Notes: generated by a model not told the origin, from the sequence alone. DNA of 64,000 nucleotides from Myxococcota bacterium (GCA_965140415.1 OZ223209.1:1824001-1888000), one strand, 5' to 3'; shown: positions 17,808 to 28,495, counted from the first letter of the stretch. Program-made: numbers and translations.

Positions 17808-20480
17808 CTACAGTTCATGCTTGGTTGGGTTGGAAAAAGTCGAGGTATCCCATTTTGAGAAATCGATGTTTTGCAGTTTCTCTCGAACCGCAAAAAACTC
17901 TGTTTGCAGATTCTGCAAACGTTCACCAAGGGGTTCGAGATCTCCCTGGCTGGCCGTTTTCTCGATTTCGTAGGCGACTTCATTGAAACGACCTGCACCG
18001 ATGCTTAAACCGGCACCTTTCATGGCGTGTGCCAGACGTTCGACTTTAGCCGGATCGTTGTTGGAGAATGCCTCCTGTATCGATTGCAGATGCTCGTTTG
18101 TGTCTTGAAGAAACGCCTGGACGATCTGTTCGAGTAATTCTGCATTGCGCCCAACGGAACGAAGTAATTGGGCCGAATCGAAAACCGGTGCCTCTGTCGA
18201 TGTTTGAGAGGATAGCATCGAATCCGAGGTCTCAGACGAGGTCAAATCCGTGGGTTTACAAGGGAGCCAGTTTTTTAGAACGTCATACAACTGATCGATT
18301 TGCAGAGGCTTGCCAAGGTAATCATCCATTCCGGCCTTTAAATAGCGTTCCTTCGCGCCATTGACGACATCGGCGGTCATGACGATGATTGGCGTCGGTG
18401 CTTTCTCGGATTGAATTTCTCGAATCAAAGCCGCAGCCTGTATTCCGTCCATGATCGGCATTTGAGCATCTAGCAGAACGGTATCGAAGGTTTGCCGCCG
18501 GTATTCTTCTACCGCCTCCTTGCCATTGTCTACCGCAACCACTTCGCAGCCCAGACGCTCAAGCATACCCACGGCTACTTTGCGGTTGACCAGATTGTCT
18601 TCGGCCAACAGTATTTTTGCCTGCAAACCGGCGAAGATGGGCGAGTTGCCGTACCGGTTTTCTGCCAAGGTATGGCGCGTGATCAAGCGCTTTTCTCGAT
18701 CCCGATCGACCGCCAGCCCCAAAGCGTCCATGATTTGTTCGGATCGGATCGGCCAACTGAGGTAGGCGAGATAGCCTGCTTTGGTCATGCGTCGAGCATC
18801 TCCGCGCAGCCCGTTATTGGAAATCAACAAAAGCGGCAGACGATTCAATCCCGGTTCTGAACGAATGCGCCAGGCCAGTTGTTCGGTATCCATGCCGATT
18901 GCGCCGGAATGAACGATCAATGCATCGAAGGGACGTTGATGCAAGGCTTGTTGCAAGCGCTGGAACATATCCGCTTCCGAGGAAGTAACTTCGATCTGCA
19001 AGCCGGATTGCTGCAACTCGTCGAGGATATGTTCGGAACTGGTGGAACGCTGTAGAAAAGCCAGTATGTGTAAGTCTTCCACAGTTCCGTATTGCAGAGA
19101 AGTTTCGTTGGGGGCCGTATCCAGCGGCAGTGTGATGCTAAAGTTGAAATCCGAACCTACGCCGATTTTGCTGGAAACCGAGATGTCACCGCCCATCATC
19201 TCCACGATTCGTTTGCTGATGGCCAAGCCCAATCCGGTTCCACCGTATTGCCGGGTTGTAGAGGTGTCCGCCTGGGTAAACTTCTCGAAGATCAATTCAT
19301 GCAGCGCCGGATCGATGCCGATACCCGTGTCTCTGATGCTGAATCTAAGTGTGGCTTGCTTGGCGTCTTTTTCCAGGCAGTCCACGCATATCGTTACCTG
19401 ACCTTCCTCGGTGAACTTGATTGCATTGCCGGCCAGGTTCATGATCACCTGCCGAATTCGTCCCGGATCGCCGATGAAACGGCGTGGTGCATCGGGCTGA
19501 TAGCGCACGACCAGCTTGATGCCTCTTTCCACCGCCTGGCTGATCAAGGGGAACTCGATGTCGCGCATGGTGATACCCAGATCAAAGGGGATCGGATCCA
19601 GGTCCATTTTCTGCGCTTCGATGCGGGAGAAATCCAGAATGTCGTTGATGATCACCATCAGGGAGTCGGCGGAGGAACGTACCATTTCAGCATAGTCACG
19701 CTGTTCTGCGCCCAATTCGGTTTCCAGCAGAAATTCGGTCATGCCGATAATGCCGTTCATCGGCGTTCGGATTTCGTGGCTCATGTTGGCCATGAATTCG
19801 CTTTTCGCACGACTGGCGGACTCCGCTGCTTCTTTGGCCAGCCAGGATTCTTCTTCGGCCCGCTTGCGATCCGCAATTTCCAATTTCAGTTGTTTATTGA
19901 CCAGTTCCAGATGGTGGGTGCGCTCGATGATCCTTTGCTCTAGTTGCTCCCGATGTTTTCTTGCGGCTTCTTCGACGATGAACTTGGACCCAAGCGAAAG
20001 AGCGAACTGCTGAATTTCCTGGGCGTGAAAAGGTTTGAATAGGAAGTAGACGTTTTCCGCCGGTGGCACTTTGGCGGCAATTTCATCCAGCCGTGTCGTT
20101 TCGCTGTGGGCTGTGGCGAAAACGATGTTGACATCGCGATCGAAAAAGCGAATACGCTCCGCGCATTCGATACCGCCGATGCCTTCGGGCATACGGATAT
20201 CTAAAAAAATGATTTGAAACGGTTCGTTGTCCTGCTTGGATTGACGCACGACTTCTACGGCGGTTTCTCCGTCGTCGGTCAATACAACTTCCAGACCACG
20301 CAGGGATTTCAAGGCTGGCGGGGAACGATAGACGTCCACGGAAAGATTCTGAGACAACGATCGTTTTTCCGGTTCTCCGAATCGACCCACAAGAATATTC
20401 CTGTAGGTCTTTAAAACGAACTCTTCGTCGTCTACAGCCATGACGCGTATCGGTTTGTTTGTTTCAGATGTGCTCGTCAT
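17808..20480 (-). CDS. Cytoplasmic hybrid histidine kinase (REC-HisKA-HATPase-pseudoREC-REC-Hpt)
   Basis: [57 protein letters not shown]. Confidence 0.95.
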   Translation of the reverse strand: MTSTSETNKPIRVMAVDDEEFVLKTYRNILVGRFGEPEKRSLSQNLSVDVYRSPPALKSLRGLEVVLTDDGETAVEVVRQSKQDNEPFQIIFLDIRMPEGIGGIECAERIRFFDRDVNIVFATAHSETTRLDEIAAKVPPAENVYFLFKPFHAQEIQQFALSLGSKFIVEEAARKHREQLEQRIIERTHHLELVNKQLKLEIADRKRAEEESWLAKEAAESASRAKSEFMANMSHEIRTPMNGIIGMTEFLLETELGAEQRDYAEMVRSSADSLMVIINDILDFSRIEAQKMDLDPIPFDLGITMRDIEFPLISQAVERGIKLVVRYQPDAPRRFIGDPGRIRQVIMNLAGNAIKFTEEGQVTICVDCLEKDAKQATLRFSIRDTGIGIDPALHELIFEKFTQADTSTTRQYGGTGLGLAISKRIVEMMGGDISVSSKIGVGSDFNFSITLPLDTAPNETSLQYGTVEDLHILAFLQRSTSSEHILDELQQSGLQIEVTSSEADMFQRLQQALHQRPFDALIVHSGAIGMDTEQLAWRIRSEPGLNRLPLLLISNNGLRGDARRMTKAGYLAYLSWPIRSEQIMDALGLAVDRDREKRLITRHTLAENRYGNSPIFAGLQAKILLAEDNLVNRKVAVGMLERLGCEVVAVDNGKEAVEEYRRQTFDTVLLDAQMPIMDGIQAAALIREIQSEKAPTPIIVMTADVVNGAKERYLKAGMDDYLGKPLQIDQLYDVLKNWLPCKPTDLTSSETSDSMLSSQTSTEAPVFDSAQLLRSVGRNAELLEQIVQAFLQDTNEHLQSIQEAFSNNDPAKVERLAHAMKGAGLSIGAGRFNEVAYEIEKTASQGDLEPLGERLQNLQTEFFAVREKLQNIDFSKWDTSTFSNPTKHEL

Positions 20481-20654
20481 ATTGAAACTGCCCCCGCAAT
20501 CTCGATGATGCTAAATTCCCAGATGCTCAGCTCCCAAGTAAAATACCAATCGGAGTACGTCATTGATTACATGATCGTTTTCATGCACGTATCACATGAT
20601 ACTGGGCTCCCGTAACGGAGCACACACAATAGCACCAATATCATGTCTTCGTCA

Positions 20655-21854
20655 TCAACCGAAAGTCGTTTGAATCTGTGTCCAATCCGGTAGACGATCC
20701 AATAAGCCGATCGAAGCCAGGAAGTCTTCGTCGACTTGTAAAAGATGTTGTCCCTGCGACTGCCCTGCCAGTGCATTGGCAACATGTACTGCTACAATAG
20801 GCGATAAACCCGAAACCCGAGTTTCATTCGGACTATGATGAAAAAGGATTGCCTGCACCACGGGATCCGCAAATCCCCACAGGCTCATTAAAAACGCACC
20901 GACTTCCGCATGCGTCGCCCCAAACACTTCTCGCTCAAGCCGCTCGACATCACGATGGAATTCAGGAGTTTTTTGCAGGTTGGCGCGTTTTGCGAGAAAC
21001 CACACCATTTGTTCCGGAACGCGGCAAGCCAAAACCAGCTTTCCGCAATCGTGCAGTAAACCGGCCAGATACGCCTGGTCGATGATGCGCTGATTGGTGC
21101 TTTCCCCGGATGCGATGCGTCGTGATAGTTCTCCAACAAGCAGGCTATGCTGCCAGAGTTCATCGATGGAGAATCCGGGAGTTTGGGAAACATCGAATTT
21201 TGTAAATAACTGTGTGACCAGTACCAACGCTTTTACGGTTTCCATTCCCAACAGCACAACCGCCTGACCTGGGCTGGAGACACTTTGCGGAACGGAGAAG
21301 AATGCGGAGTTGACGAGTTGCAGAATTTTGGTCGTCATTCCGGCATCGCGACCGATGATTTCACCGATGCGGCGCATGGAAGATTCTTTACTGAGCAATT
21401 CTGCATGCAGTTCTTCAAGAATCACGGGCAGACTGGGCAATGCTCCGATCTGAGCTATCAACTGGCGTAATTTCTTGGAAGCCAGACGCTGACGCAATTC
21501 CAGCGTTTGTCCGATTTTGGCGAAAAGTGCTTCCGGAAGAATGGGTTTAAGCAATACTTGATGAACGATATTGCTGGAGAAGAGAGCGGTTTCCTTGTCT
21601 GCGTGAGAACAAAAAGCGATGCGGATGGTGTCGGGATAGCGATTGCGAACCCGCCGTAGCAACTCCACTCCGTCCATACCCTTGAGATTGATATCCGTGA
21701 CCAGGACATCGAACGGAGTCGGTTCAAAGCGGACAAGCGCCATTGAACCGCTTTCCACGAAGTCAAGCTCCCACTTATCCCGCCACGGATGCAACGACCG
21801 CCGTAATGCCTGCAACCGGACAAGATCGTCATCTACGAATAATATACGTTTCAT
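20655..21854 (-). CDS. REC + HDOD domain signalling protein
   Basis: ILFVDDD, VTDINL; LPSLP, KILQLVNSAFF, WQHS, GLLHDCGKL, HAEVGAFL..LWGF. Confidence 0.93.
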   Translation of the reverse strand: MKRILFVDDDLVRLQALRRSLHPWRDKWELDFVESGSMALVRFEPTPFDVLVTDINLKGMDGVELLRRVRNRYPDTIRIAFCSHADKETALFSSNIVHQVLLKPILPEALFAKIGQTLELRQRLASKKLRQLIAQIGALPSLPVILEELHAELLSKESSMRRIGEIIGRDAGMTTKILQLVNSAFFSVPQSVSSPGQAVVLLGMETVKALVLVTQLFTKFDVSQTPGFSIDELWQHSLLVGELSRRIASGESTNQRIIDQAYLAGLLHDCGKLVLACRVPEQMVWFLAKRANLQKTPEFHRDVERLEREVFGATHAEVGAFLMSLWGFADPVVQAILFHHSPNETRVSGLSPIVAVHVANALAGQSQGQHLLQVDEDFLASIGLLDRLPDWTQIQTTFG

Positions 21855-22158
21855 CCTTGCGCCAGTATAACAGAATAGACATCTATGTCAACAGCATTTA
21901 CATTCTAATTCGGACATTGAAAGGCCGGATCATATTGATTCTATTAGCTTTTTTGCTTTGTTAAACAGAAATGGTTCCTGATTGGGGTCTTGAAAAAAAA
22001 GCATATGCTTTTAATCCTAGTGTGTTACTGAAACTTACTTATGAGTAAAATTATGATAGCCAGGTTACAGGCAAGTTAAAGGATGATTTGGAATCCGCTA
22101 AAAATCGGGTGCCTGAATCGGAATGAAAGATCAGGCTGTTTTTAGTCCATTTCGATGT

Positions 22159-23553
22159 CTAGCTCGGACCGAGTTTGTGACCGCTTGGTTTGCGCTTGAG
22201 AATGCGTCCGACCAGGTCGTGCTCGTGGCTGTCAGTGATGCGCACCGGGCGAATCGTGCCGACTTCGGCTTCACCCTGCGTCAAGTATGTCACGCCGTCG
22301 ATCTCGCGCGCCTGTCCCCAGAATCGCCCCGATAGCAGAAATTCATGTTCGGCGCTTGCACCTTCCACCAGCACATCGACGACTTTACCGCGATAGCGTT
22401 GCAGACGTTCCTCTGATACTACGCGTTGCACTTCCAGAAGGCGTTCCAGCCGATCTTCTTTCACTTTTTCCGTTATCTGATCGGGTAGCGTTGCGGCCAC
22501 GGTTCCTTCTTCGCAGGAAAATGCGAAGGCTCCCAGGCGGTCGAAATGTCCTTCGGCGACGAAGTCCAGCAAGTGCCGGAACTGCGCGTCGGTTTCGCCC
22601 GGATAGCCGACGATCAGGGTGCTGCGCAATACGGCGTTGGGAAGAATCTCACGCACACGTTCAATGGCAGTGCGTGTGGAGGCTTCGCTATCTTTGCGGC
22701 GCATCGATTTCAAAATCTTGCTGTCGATATGCTGAACGGGCATGTCGATGTAAGGCAGCACCGTGTCGCTCTCCCTGATGCTTTCCAATAGTTCCCGCTC
22801 CAATAACGACGGATACAGGTAATGCAAGCGCACCCAGTGGCGCCCGCGAGCCAGTTCCGGCGTGCGTAACAGCGCCGCCAGGCTGGCGCCGTCTGTGCGG
22901 TCCTGCCCGTACGCGGTGACGTTCTGCCCGATCAGGACCAGTTCCTTTACGCCTTGCTGTCGCAGCTTTTTCGCTTCGCGTTGAATGTCCTGTATCGAGC
23001 GGCTGCGCTGCGGTCCGCGCACGCGCGGAATCACGCAAAATGCACAATGACTGGAGCAGCCTTCCGACAGTTTGATGTTGGCGCTGTACGGCGGTGTGGC
23101 CAGCACACGCGGCGTATCGGCATTCATCAGAAATTGGGGGCGAGCGACGCGGATGCGTTCGCTTTCGTTACCCGAAAGCAACTCTTCCAGCACATACAAT
23201 TCACCGGTGCCCAGAAAGACATCGACTTCCGGCAGTTCCTTGGCCAGTTCCTGCGGGTAGCGTTGCGCCAGACAACCGGCTACGATCAGCTTTTTAAGCC
23301 GTCCCTTTTTCTTGAGTTCGGCGATTCCCAGGATCGTGTCGATTGATTCCTCTTTGGCTTCTTCCACGAAGCAGCAGGTATTGATGAGCACCCAGTCGGC
23401 CCGTTCGGCTTCGGGGATGACCTGCCAGCCGGCCTTAACCGCCAGACCGACCAGCACCTCCGAATCCACCAGGTTCTTGTCGCAGCCCAACGAAACGAAA
23501 CAGATCGTTCCCGGTTTCTTGTTGCTTGCTTGCTTGTTAGCGTTACTCATCAT
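22159..23553 (-). CDS. rimO: Ribosomal protein S12 methylthiotransferase
   Basis: SLGCDKNLVDSE, NTCCF, GCLAQRY, GCSSHCAFCVIP, YLYP, TRAM-like end with AREIDG. Confidence 0.95.
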   Translation of the reverse strand: MMSNANKQASNKKPGTICFVSLGCDKNLVDSEVLVGLAVKAGWQVIPEAERADWVLINTCCFVEEAKEESIDTILGIAELKKKGRLKKLIVAGCLAQRYPQELAKELPEVDVFLGTGELYVLEELLSGNESERIRVARPQFLMNADTPRVLATPPYSANIKLSEGCSSHCAFCVIPRVRGPQRSRSIQDIQREAKKLRQQGVKELVLIGQNVTAYGQDRTDGASLAALLRTPELARGRHWVRLHYLYPSLLERELLESIRESDTVLPYIDMPVQHIDSKILKSMRRKDSEASTRTAIERVREILPNAVLRSTLIVGYPGETDAQFRHLLDFVAEGHFDRLGAFAFSCEEGTVAATLPDQITEKVKEDRLERLLEVQRVVSEERLQRYRGKVVDVLVEGASAEHEFLLSGRFWGQAREIDGVTYLTQGEAEVGTIRPVRITDSHEHDLVGRILKRKPSGHKLGPS

Positions 23554-23562
23554 CGTGATCCT

Positions 23563-25158
23563 TCATGCGGATTCATTGCGAAGTTGAACTTGACGGCGCG
23601 CGGCGCGCAGACCGTCGACGGCGGCGCTGGTGATTCCGCCCGCATATCCCGCGCCTTCCCCGACCGGAAGCAGTCCCGGCAGGGTAACGGAATGGAAACT
23701 GTCCGGGTCGCGCAGCACACGAAGCGGCGCGGAGGTTCTGGATTCCACCGCGAAGAGCAGGGCTTGCTCGTGACGCGAGAAACCGCGTAGCAGATGGTCG
23801 AAACGCTCCAGTCCTGCATCGAGCGCCTGAAGGATGGCAGCCGGGAAGATCGAACGGATATCCGCTCGAATCGCACCCGAAAGGCAACTGCTGCGCTGCG
23901 GCAGGGTTACATCGCCTTTTCCGCGATAGGCCAATAGGGGCAGGGCAGGTGCTTGGGAATTTCCTCCGGCCTGCTGCACCAGATCGAAGGCGCGTGTTTC
24001 CAGTTCGTGACGAAAGGCCAGCGGCGCGAAGATGTCCGCGCCCCAGTCGCGAGGATCGACGGTTACGACGACGGCGGAATTGGACCAGCGCGAACCACGC
24101 GCGGTGTTGCTCATGCCGTTGACGACCATTGTTGCGGCTTCGGTGGCGGCGGGTAATACGTAACCGCCTGGGCACATGCAGAAGCTATAGACGCCGCGCT
24201 CAAGTTGTTTGAGGTTGCAGGTCAGCCGGTAGCTGGCGCTCTCCAGCGCCGGATGCCCGGCGGATTCGCCAAACTGGGATCGGTCGATGAACTCCCGTGG
24301 ATGCTGTACACGCAGACCGACGGCAAAGGGCTTTTGTTCCATCGCCGCGCCGCGTTGATGAAGCCAGCGGTAAGTGTCCGAGGCACCGTGTCCGCAGGCC
24401 ACCAGAACGACATCTGCATTTAGCGTTTCTTCGCGTTCCTGCTCGTTCAAACGCAATACGCGGATTCCGCTGACCTGGCCGTTTTGCTGCTCCAGATCGA
24501 CGGCGCGTGTGTGGAAGTGAAATCGAACCCCCCATTGTTGCAGGGCTTGCGCCATATTGCGGATCACCTGGCGGATGAGATTGGAGCCGACGTGTGGATT
24601 GTAGGCCCACAAAATCCGTTCGGGTGCGCCGAAGGCCGCCAGAATTTGCAGGATTTCCGATACTTCTGGATGCTTGATTCGTGTGGTCAGCTTTCCGTCC
24701 GAGTACAACCCGGCTCCGCCAAGGCCGAAACAGACGTTGTCGTCCGGGTTCAAGATGCCGCGCCGGAAGTAGGCACCGGTGGCGCGGTGGCGCTCCGGTA
24801 GTGACGAGCCACGCTCGACAAGGTCCACTTCCCAGCCACCACGGCGAAATTCCAGTGCGGCGAATAAGCCCGCCGGTCCCGCGCCGACAACGATGGCCCG
24901 CCCTCGTGGACGATCGTAGGCGGTGATTTCACGGGCGTAGCGTTCTGGGGTTGGAGGGCCGGGAGGCGTTTCATCCACGGCGAAGACCTGCAAGCGGTAG
25001 ATCACGCGAATCGCGTTTTTACGGCGGGCGTCGATGCTGCGGCGCAGAAAGCGCAACGTTCCGATGCGCTCTTGTTTCCAGCCGAGTTGTTCCGCCACAA
25101 GCTGTCGCAATTCGGCATCCCGCTCCAGGGGGACGATCAGGTTATCGATCTGTTCCAT
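23563..25158 (-). CDS. FAD-dependent oxidoreductase (uncharacterised NAD(P)/FAD family)
   Basis: VGAGPAGL, FGLGGAGLYSDGKL, SFCMCPGG, VNGMS, ESRTSAP, GEGAGYAGGITSAAVDG. Confidence 0.92.
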   Translation of the reverse strand: MEQIDNLIVPLERDAELRQLVAEQLGWKQERIGTLRFLRRSIDARRKNAIRVIYRLQVFAVDETPPGPPTPERYAREITAYDRPRGRAIVVGAGPAGLFAALEFRRGGWEVDLVERGSSLPERHRATGAYFRRGILNPDDNVCFGLGGAGLYSDGKLTTRIKHPEVSEILQILAAFGAPERILWAYNPHVGSNLIRQVIRNMAQALQQWGVRFHFHTRAVDLEQQNGQVSGIRVLRLNEQEREETLNADVVLVACGHGASDTYRWLHQRGAAMEQKPFAVGLRVQHPREFIDRSQFGESAGHPALESASYRLTCNLKQLERGVYSFCMCPGGYVLPAATEAATMVVNGMSNTARGSRWSNSAVVVTVDPRDWGADIFAPLAFRHELETRAFDLVQQAGGNSQAPALPLLAYRGKGDVTLPQRSSCLSGAIRADIRSIFPAAILQALDAGLERFDHLLRGFSRHEQALLFAVESRTSAPLRVLRDPDSFHSVTLPGLLPVGEGAGYAGGITSAAVDGLRAARRQVQLRNESA

Positions 25159-25231
25159 GACGTTCCATCCGCCATCAATGAAAGCCCGGTTTCGCGGCCA
25201 TGTATTGGAATGTGACAGGAGTCATATAAAT

Positions 25232-25255
25232 AGACCGGGCACATTCGCCCGGTCT
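25232..25255 (-). terminator. Hairpin/terminator downstream of the selenoprotein gene
   Basis: agaccgggc-acattc-gcccggtct 9-bp stem. Confidence 0.6.
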
Positions 25256-25308
25256 TTCTAGCTGTATATGCTGAAAAATCCTAGATTTTATTTTGCTGCG
25301 TCTGCTTT

Positions 25309-25521
25309 TCAGTCGTCGGTCAATTCTCCCGGTCGCGGAAAACGTCCGATCTGGCGTTTGGAAAACACCAGTTTTCCGTCGCGCAGCACTTCGAACACGC
25401 CGCCACGACTGGGAATGAAGGTAATATCGGCTTCCGGGAATTTCTCTTTGATTTCTTCCGACGCACGGTCGGCGCGAGGTCTATAGTTTCAAGAAGTGCA
25501 GTATTCGATGGACCATTTCAT
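25309..25521 (-). CDS. SelW/SelT/SelH (Rdx family) selenoprotein, 70 aa, Sec at codon 11
   Basis: Manual translation MKWSIEYCTS-U-NYRPRADRASEEIKEKFPEADITFIPSRGGVFEVLRDGKLVFSKRQIGRFPRPGELTDD; CxxU, GGVFEV, FSK and RFP motifs; TGA at 25489-25491. Confidence 0.92.
25458..25472 (-). promoter_or_regulatory. Putative bacterial SECIS hairpin
   Basis: ccgac-cgtgc-gtcgg stem-loop starting 16 nt after the in-frame TGA. Confidence 0.65.
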
Positions 25522-25793
25522 GCGTGGTTCTCCTCTGTGTCCATGGTGGCGTTCTCGCTGGTGTCATCGACGGAGAATTCGTCTTGTACGTCCGCTACCG
25601 GAGGCGCAAAAGTCGTCGCGGCGACCGGTTCTTCCTCGCGGTCGTATTTCCACATGTAAACCGCCAGGCAGCCCAGCCCCAGACCCCAGCCGATCCAGTA
25701 TATCACATCGCTATGCTTGGCGGCGAAAAAACCACCCGCCAGACCGAAAACCAGGCTCAATACCAGCAATACCCATCCAAACCACTTCGGCAT
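25518..25793 (-). CDS. Small 2-TM membrane protein with acidic tail
   Basis: MPKWFGWVLLVLSL... after a ggagg RBS; its stop overlaps the selenoprotein start (ATGA). Confidence 0.75.
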   Translation of the reverse strand: MPKWFGWVLLVLSLVFGLAGGFFAAKHSDVIYWIGWGLGLGCLAVYMWKYDREEEPVAATTFAPPVADVQDEFSVDDTSENATMDTEENHA

Positions 25794-25996
25794 ACTATCC
25801 TCCAGGTTCACGTAAAAAACGAGATCATCCTGTAGCACATTCAGGGCTGAAATGCAAGCGCAAGCTACAGAATATAACTGGTATTCTTGGCTTCGCAGTA
25901 GGTTGGGATTCAGCTTCGATATCAGGTAACGTAGTTGTTTTGCCCGATGAAATCGAGTATGCTGCTTATGCAGACGAGCCAATCATGAGGAAATGG

Positions 25997-26479
25997 ATGA
26001 GCGAATTCGATTCGAAAACGCAGCCAATGCAGGACGAAGCCGTATTCTGGCAAGAGTTGGCAAAGGGCGAGGTGCTGGCATTTCGCGCCCGAGGGCGCAG
26101 CATGCTGCCGTTGTATCGGTCCGGGACGCTGTTTCTGATTCAACGGACCGAGCCTACCGCCCTTCGCATTGGCGATCTGGTCTTATGTAAATATGGAGAC
26201 GATGTCCGCCTGCATCGCCTGCTCGGTCGAACAGAAGACAACCCACCGAAATTGTTTACAAAAGGCGACTGGCTGTCCGAAGTCGATGCGCCCTGGACAC
26301 AAGATTGCGTACAGGGGCGGGCCATTGCCGTGCAATTCAGGGGGCGTTTCATTTCGCTTCAGGGCGCACTGCAAAACCGCATGAAACCTCTTTCGGCCAC
26401 GCTAAGCCTGTTCAGCGCTCCTTTACTTTCCGCCATGCGAAAACTCTCCCGGCGGCTGCTTCCTTCACGCTGGGATTGA
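25997..26479 (+). CDS. S24/S26-family peptidase-like protein
   Basis: RARGRSMLP, GDLVL, LHRL, TKGD motifs; ATG at 25997 with a gagg RBS; the longer 327-aa track ORF over-extends 5'. Confidence 0.78.
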   Translation: MSEFDSKTQPMQDEAVFWQELAKGEVLAFRARGRSMLPLYRSGTLFLIQRTEPTALRIGDLVLCKYGDDVRLHRLLGRTEDNPPKLFTKGDWLSEVDAPWTQDCVQGRAIAVQFRGRFISLQGALQNRMKPLSATLSLFSAPLLSAMRKLSRRLLPSRWD

Positions 26480-26519
26480 GTCGTTAATCAGGCTGAATTA
26501 CAAGATACTGAAGTTCTGC

Positions 26520-26609
26520 CCGATTCCAGGGTGGCGCGGGCTAAGCCGCAGGCTTGCCCGTGTACAAGAGCCGCATGGGCAAGCTCTGTTTCTCTTCGCT
26601 TCACCCATG
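26520..26609. repeat. ~90-bp dispersed REPIN-like element, copy 2
   Basis: Matches 1774-1862. Confidence 0.85.
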
Positions 26610-26749
26610 GACCTGTCACTGGGATTGAATATCCATTCAGGATGATCTCACTTTTCGGTTGCCAGCGGGGAGACAGTTGGCTACACTTGAAACGGCCAGA
26701 AATCAACCGAGACAAACCGAGTCCATTCGTTTTCAGATCGGAGGTGTAC

Positions 26750-27334
26750 ATGCGAGCGAAACGAATCGCCACGTGCTTGTTTTCCGCATTATTGCTGCTG
26801 TTATTGTGTGCTTCTGTCGCACAAGCTGATAAATCAAAGAAATCGCCTAAAGCATCCAAACCGATGACCCTGCAATCGGAAGTGTTTTCCGATGGCGCGC
26901 AGATTCCAATGGAGTACGGCTGCAAGCCGGATGGAAATTTCAAGAAAGCCTCGCCTCCACTCAACTGGACCAACGCCCCGCAAGGCACGAAAAGTTTCGT
27001 GATTTTAATGGACGATCCTGCCGAAGTCGCCAAATACTGGGTGCATTGGGTGGCGGTGGATATTCCTGCCGAAACCTCATCGTTGCCCAAGGGCGCCAGT
27101 GGCAAGCGTATGCCGCTAGGCAGCAAGGAACTTCAGAATACCTTCGAAACGCTCGGTTATGGCGGTCCCTGCCCGCCCGATAAAGCGCACAGCTACCGCA
27201 TTCGGATTTACGCCATGCCGACCGAAAAAACGGATCTTACCGTCTGCGGCAAGCGCGGCGACGAACTGAATCGGGAGTTGGAAAAATTGGCGCTGGCACA
27301 CGCGCAACTCACCGGCAGCTATCCTAAAAAGTGA
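26750..27334 (+). CDS. YbhB/YbcL (PEBP/Raf kinase inhibitor-like) exported protein
   Basis: Signal peptide; SPPLNW, MDDP, WVHW, GYGGPCPP, HSY; ATG at 26750 with a ggaggt RBS. Confidence 0.92.
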   Translation: MRAKRIATCLFSALLLLLLCASVAQADKSKKSPKASKPMTLQSEVFSDGAQIPMEYGCKPDGNFKKASPPLNWTNAPQGTKSFVILMDDPAEVAKYWVHWVAVDIPAETSSLPKGASGKRMPLGSKELQNTFETLGYGGPCPPDKAHSYRIRIYAMPTEKTDLTVCGKRGDELNRELEKLALAHAQLTGSYPKK

Positions 27335-27397
27335 GAAAAAGAAAACGGGCCGCCCCTGATCGAGACAGCCCGTTGTGATGCGGTTTGCAATTCAGCC

Positions 27398-28249
27398 TTA
27401 CAGTTTTTCCGCTTTTTCAGCGAATTTCTCCAGTTCGGCATCCTCGATTGTAAAGGTGTGTTCGACTGCCGGGAAGGTCTGTGCTTCCACTTCCTGACGA
27501 TACCCCTGCGCCGCTTTGAGCATGTCATCCCCAATGGTGGCCCAGCTCTTGACGAATTTGGGCGTGAATCCGGCGCGAATGCCCAGCATGTCGTGCAACA
27601 CCAGCACCTGGCCATCGCAGCCTGAACCGGCGCCGATGCCGATGGTGGGAATCTCCAGCTTTTTGGAGATCAATTCCGCTACCCGGTCCGGCACCATTTC
27701 GAAGACGACCATGCATGCGCCCGCTTCCTGCAACAGCAGGGCGTCTTTTAAAATGTGCATGGCCTGTTCGGCAGTTTTTCCCTGTACGCGATAGCCGCCC
27801 AGCATGCCCGCCGTCTGCGGCGTAAGACCCAAGTGACCGACGGTCGGAATTCCCGCCTGCACGACCGCTTTCAATGTTTCGGCCATAAGGCCGCCGCCTT
27901 CCAGCTTGACGGCGTCGGTGTGTGCTTCCTTTATAAAGCGTCCGGCGTTGCGGATCGCTTCTTCGCGATTGACGTTATAGGACATGAAGGGCATGTCGCC
28001 GATGACGAAGGCGTGTTGCGTACCACGCGCCACGGCGGCGGATAGCATTACCATTTCGTCCATAGAAACCGGCAGCGTGTCCTTGTACCCAAGTACGACG
28101 TTGGCGGCGGAATCGCCGATTAGGATGCAGTCGATGCCTGCCTCATCCAGTGCACGCGCGCTGGGGGCGTCGTAGGCGGTGAGCATGGTGATTTTTTCGC
28201 CCTGCGCCTTTTTCTGCTTCAGTGTCGCCAGTCCGATTTTCTTGCCCAT
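27398..28249 (-). CDS. panB: 3-methyl-2-oxobutanoate hydroxymethyltransferase
   Basis: MLTAYD, LIGDS, GDMPFMSY, VKLEGG, GHLGLTPQ, IGIGAG..CDGQVLV. Confidence 0.97.
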   Translation of the reverse strand: MGKKIGLATLKQKKAQGEKITMLTAYDAPSARALDEAGIDCILIGDSAANVVLGYKDTLPVSMDEMVMLSAAVARGTQHAFVIGDMPFMSYNVNREEAIRNAGRFIKEAHTDAVKLEGGGLMAETLKAVVQAGIPTVGHLGLTPQTAGMLGGYRVQGKTAEQAMHILKDALLLQEAGACMVVFEMVPDRVAELISKKLEIPTIGIGAGSGCDGQVLVLHDMLGIRAGFTPKFVKSWATIGDDMLKAAQGYRQEVEAQTFPAVEHTFTIEDAELEKFAEKAEKL

Positions 28250-28495
28250 CGCCGAATCCTCCTTACATCAGAAACTACATCAAAAAACCTCGAAGCTTGC
28301 GCGCGCATTGTAGGGAATTCCCAGCGAGATTGCAAACTTGAAAATATAGAATGACAGGTAAGTTTTCATAATCCCCTTTCAATTTCCCGATTCTGTTGAC
28401 AGAAAATGTCTCCTTCGGGTATCGTGACGCTTCCTTTATCAAGGAAATATGTTGTTGGAAGTATCCTTATCCATTTTAGGTAACGGAGATGGGCC

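Noticed and set aside
25489-25491. In-frame TGA as a pseudogene lesion
   Set aside because: It falls exactly at the CxxU position, the downstream frame is intact, and a SECIS-like hairpin follows.
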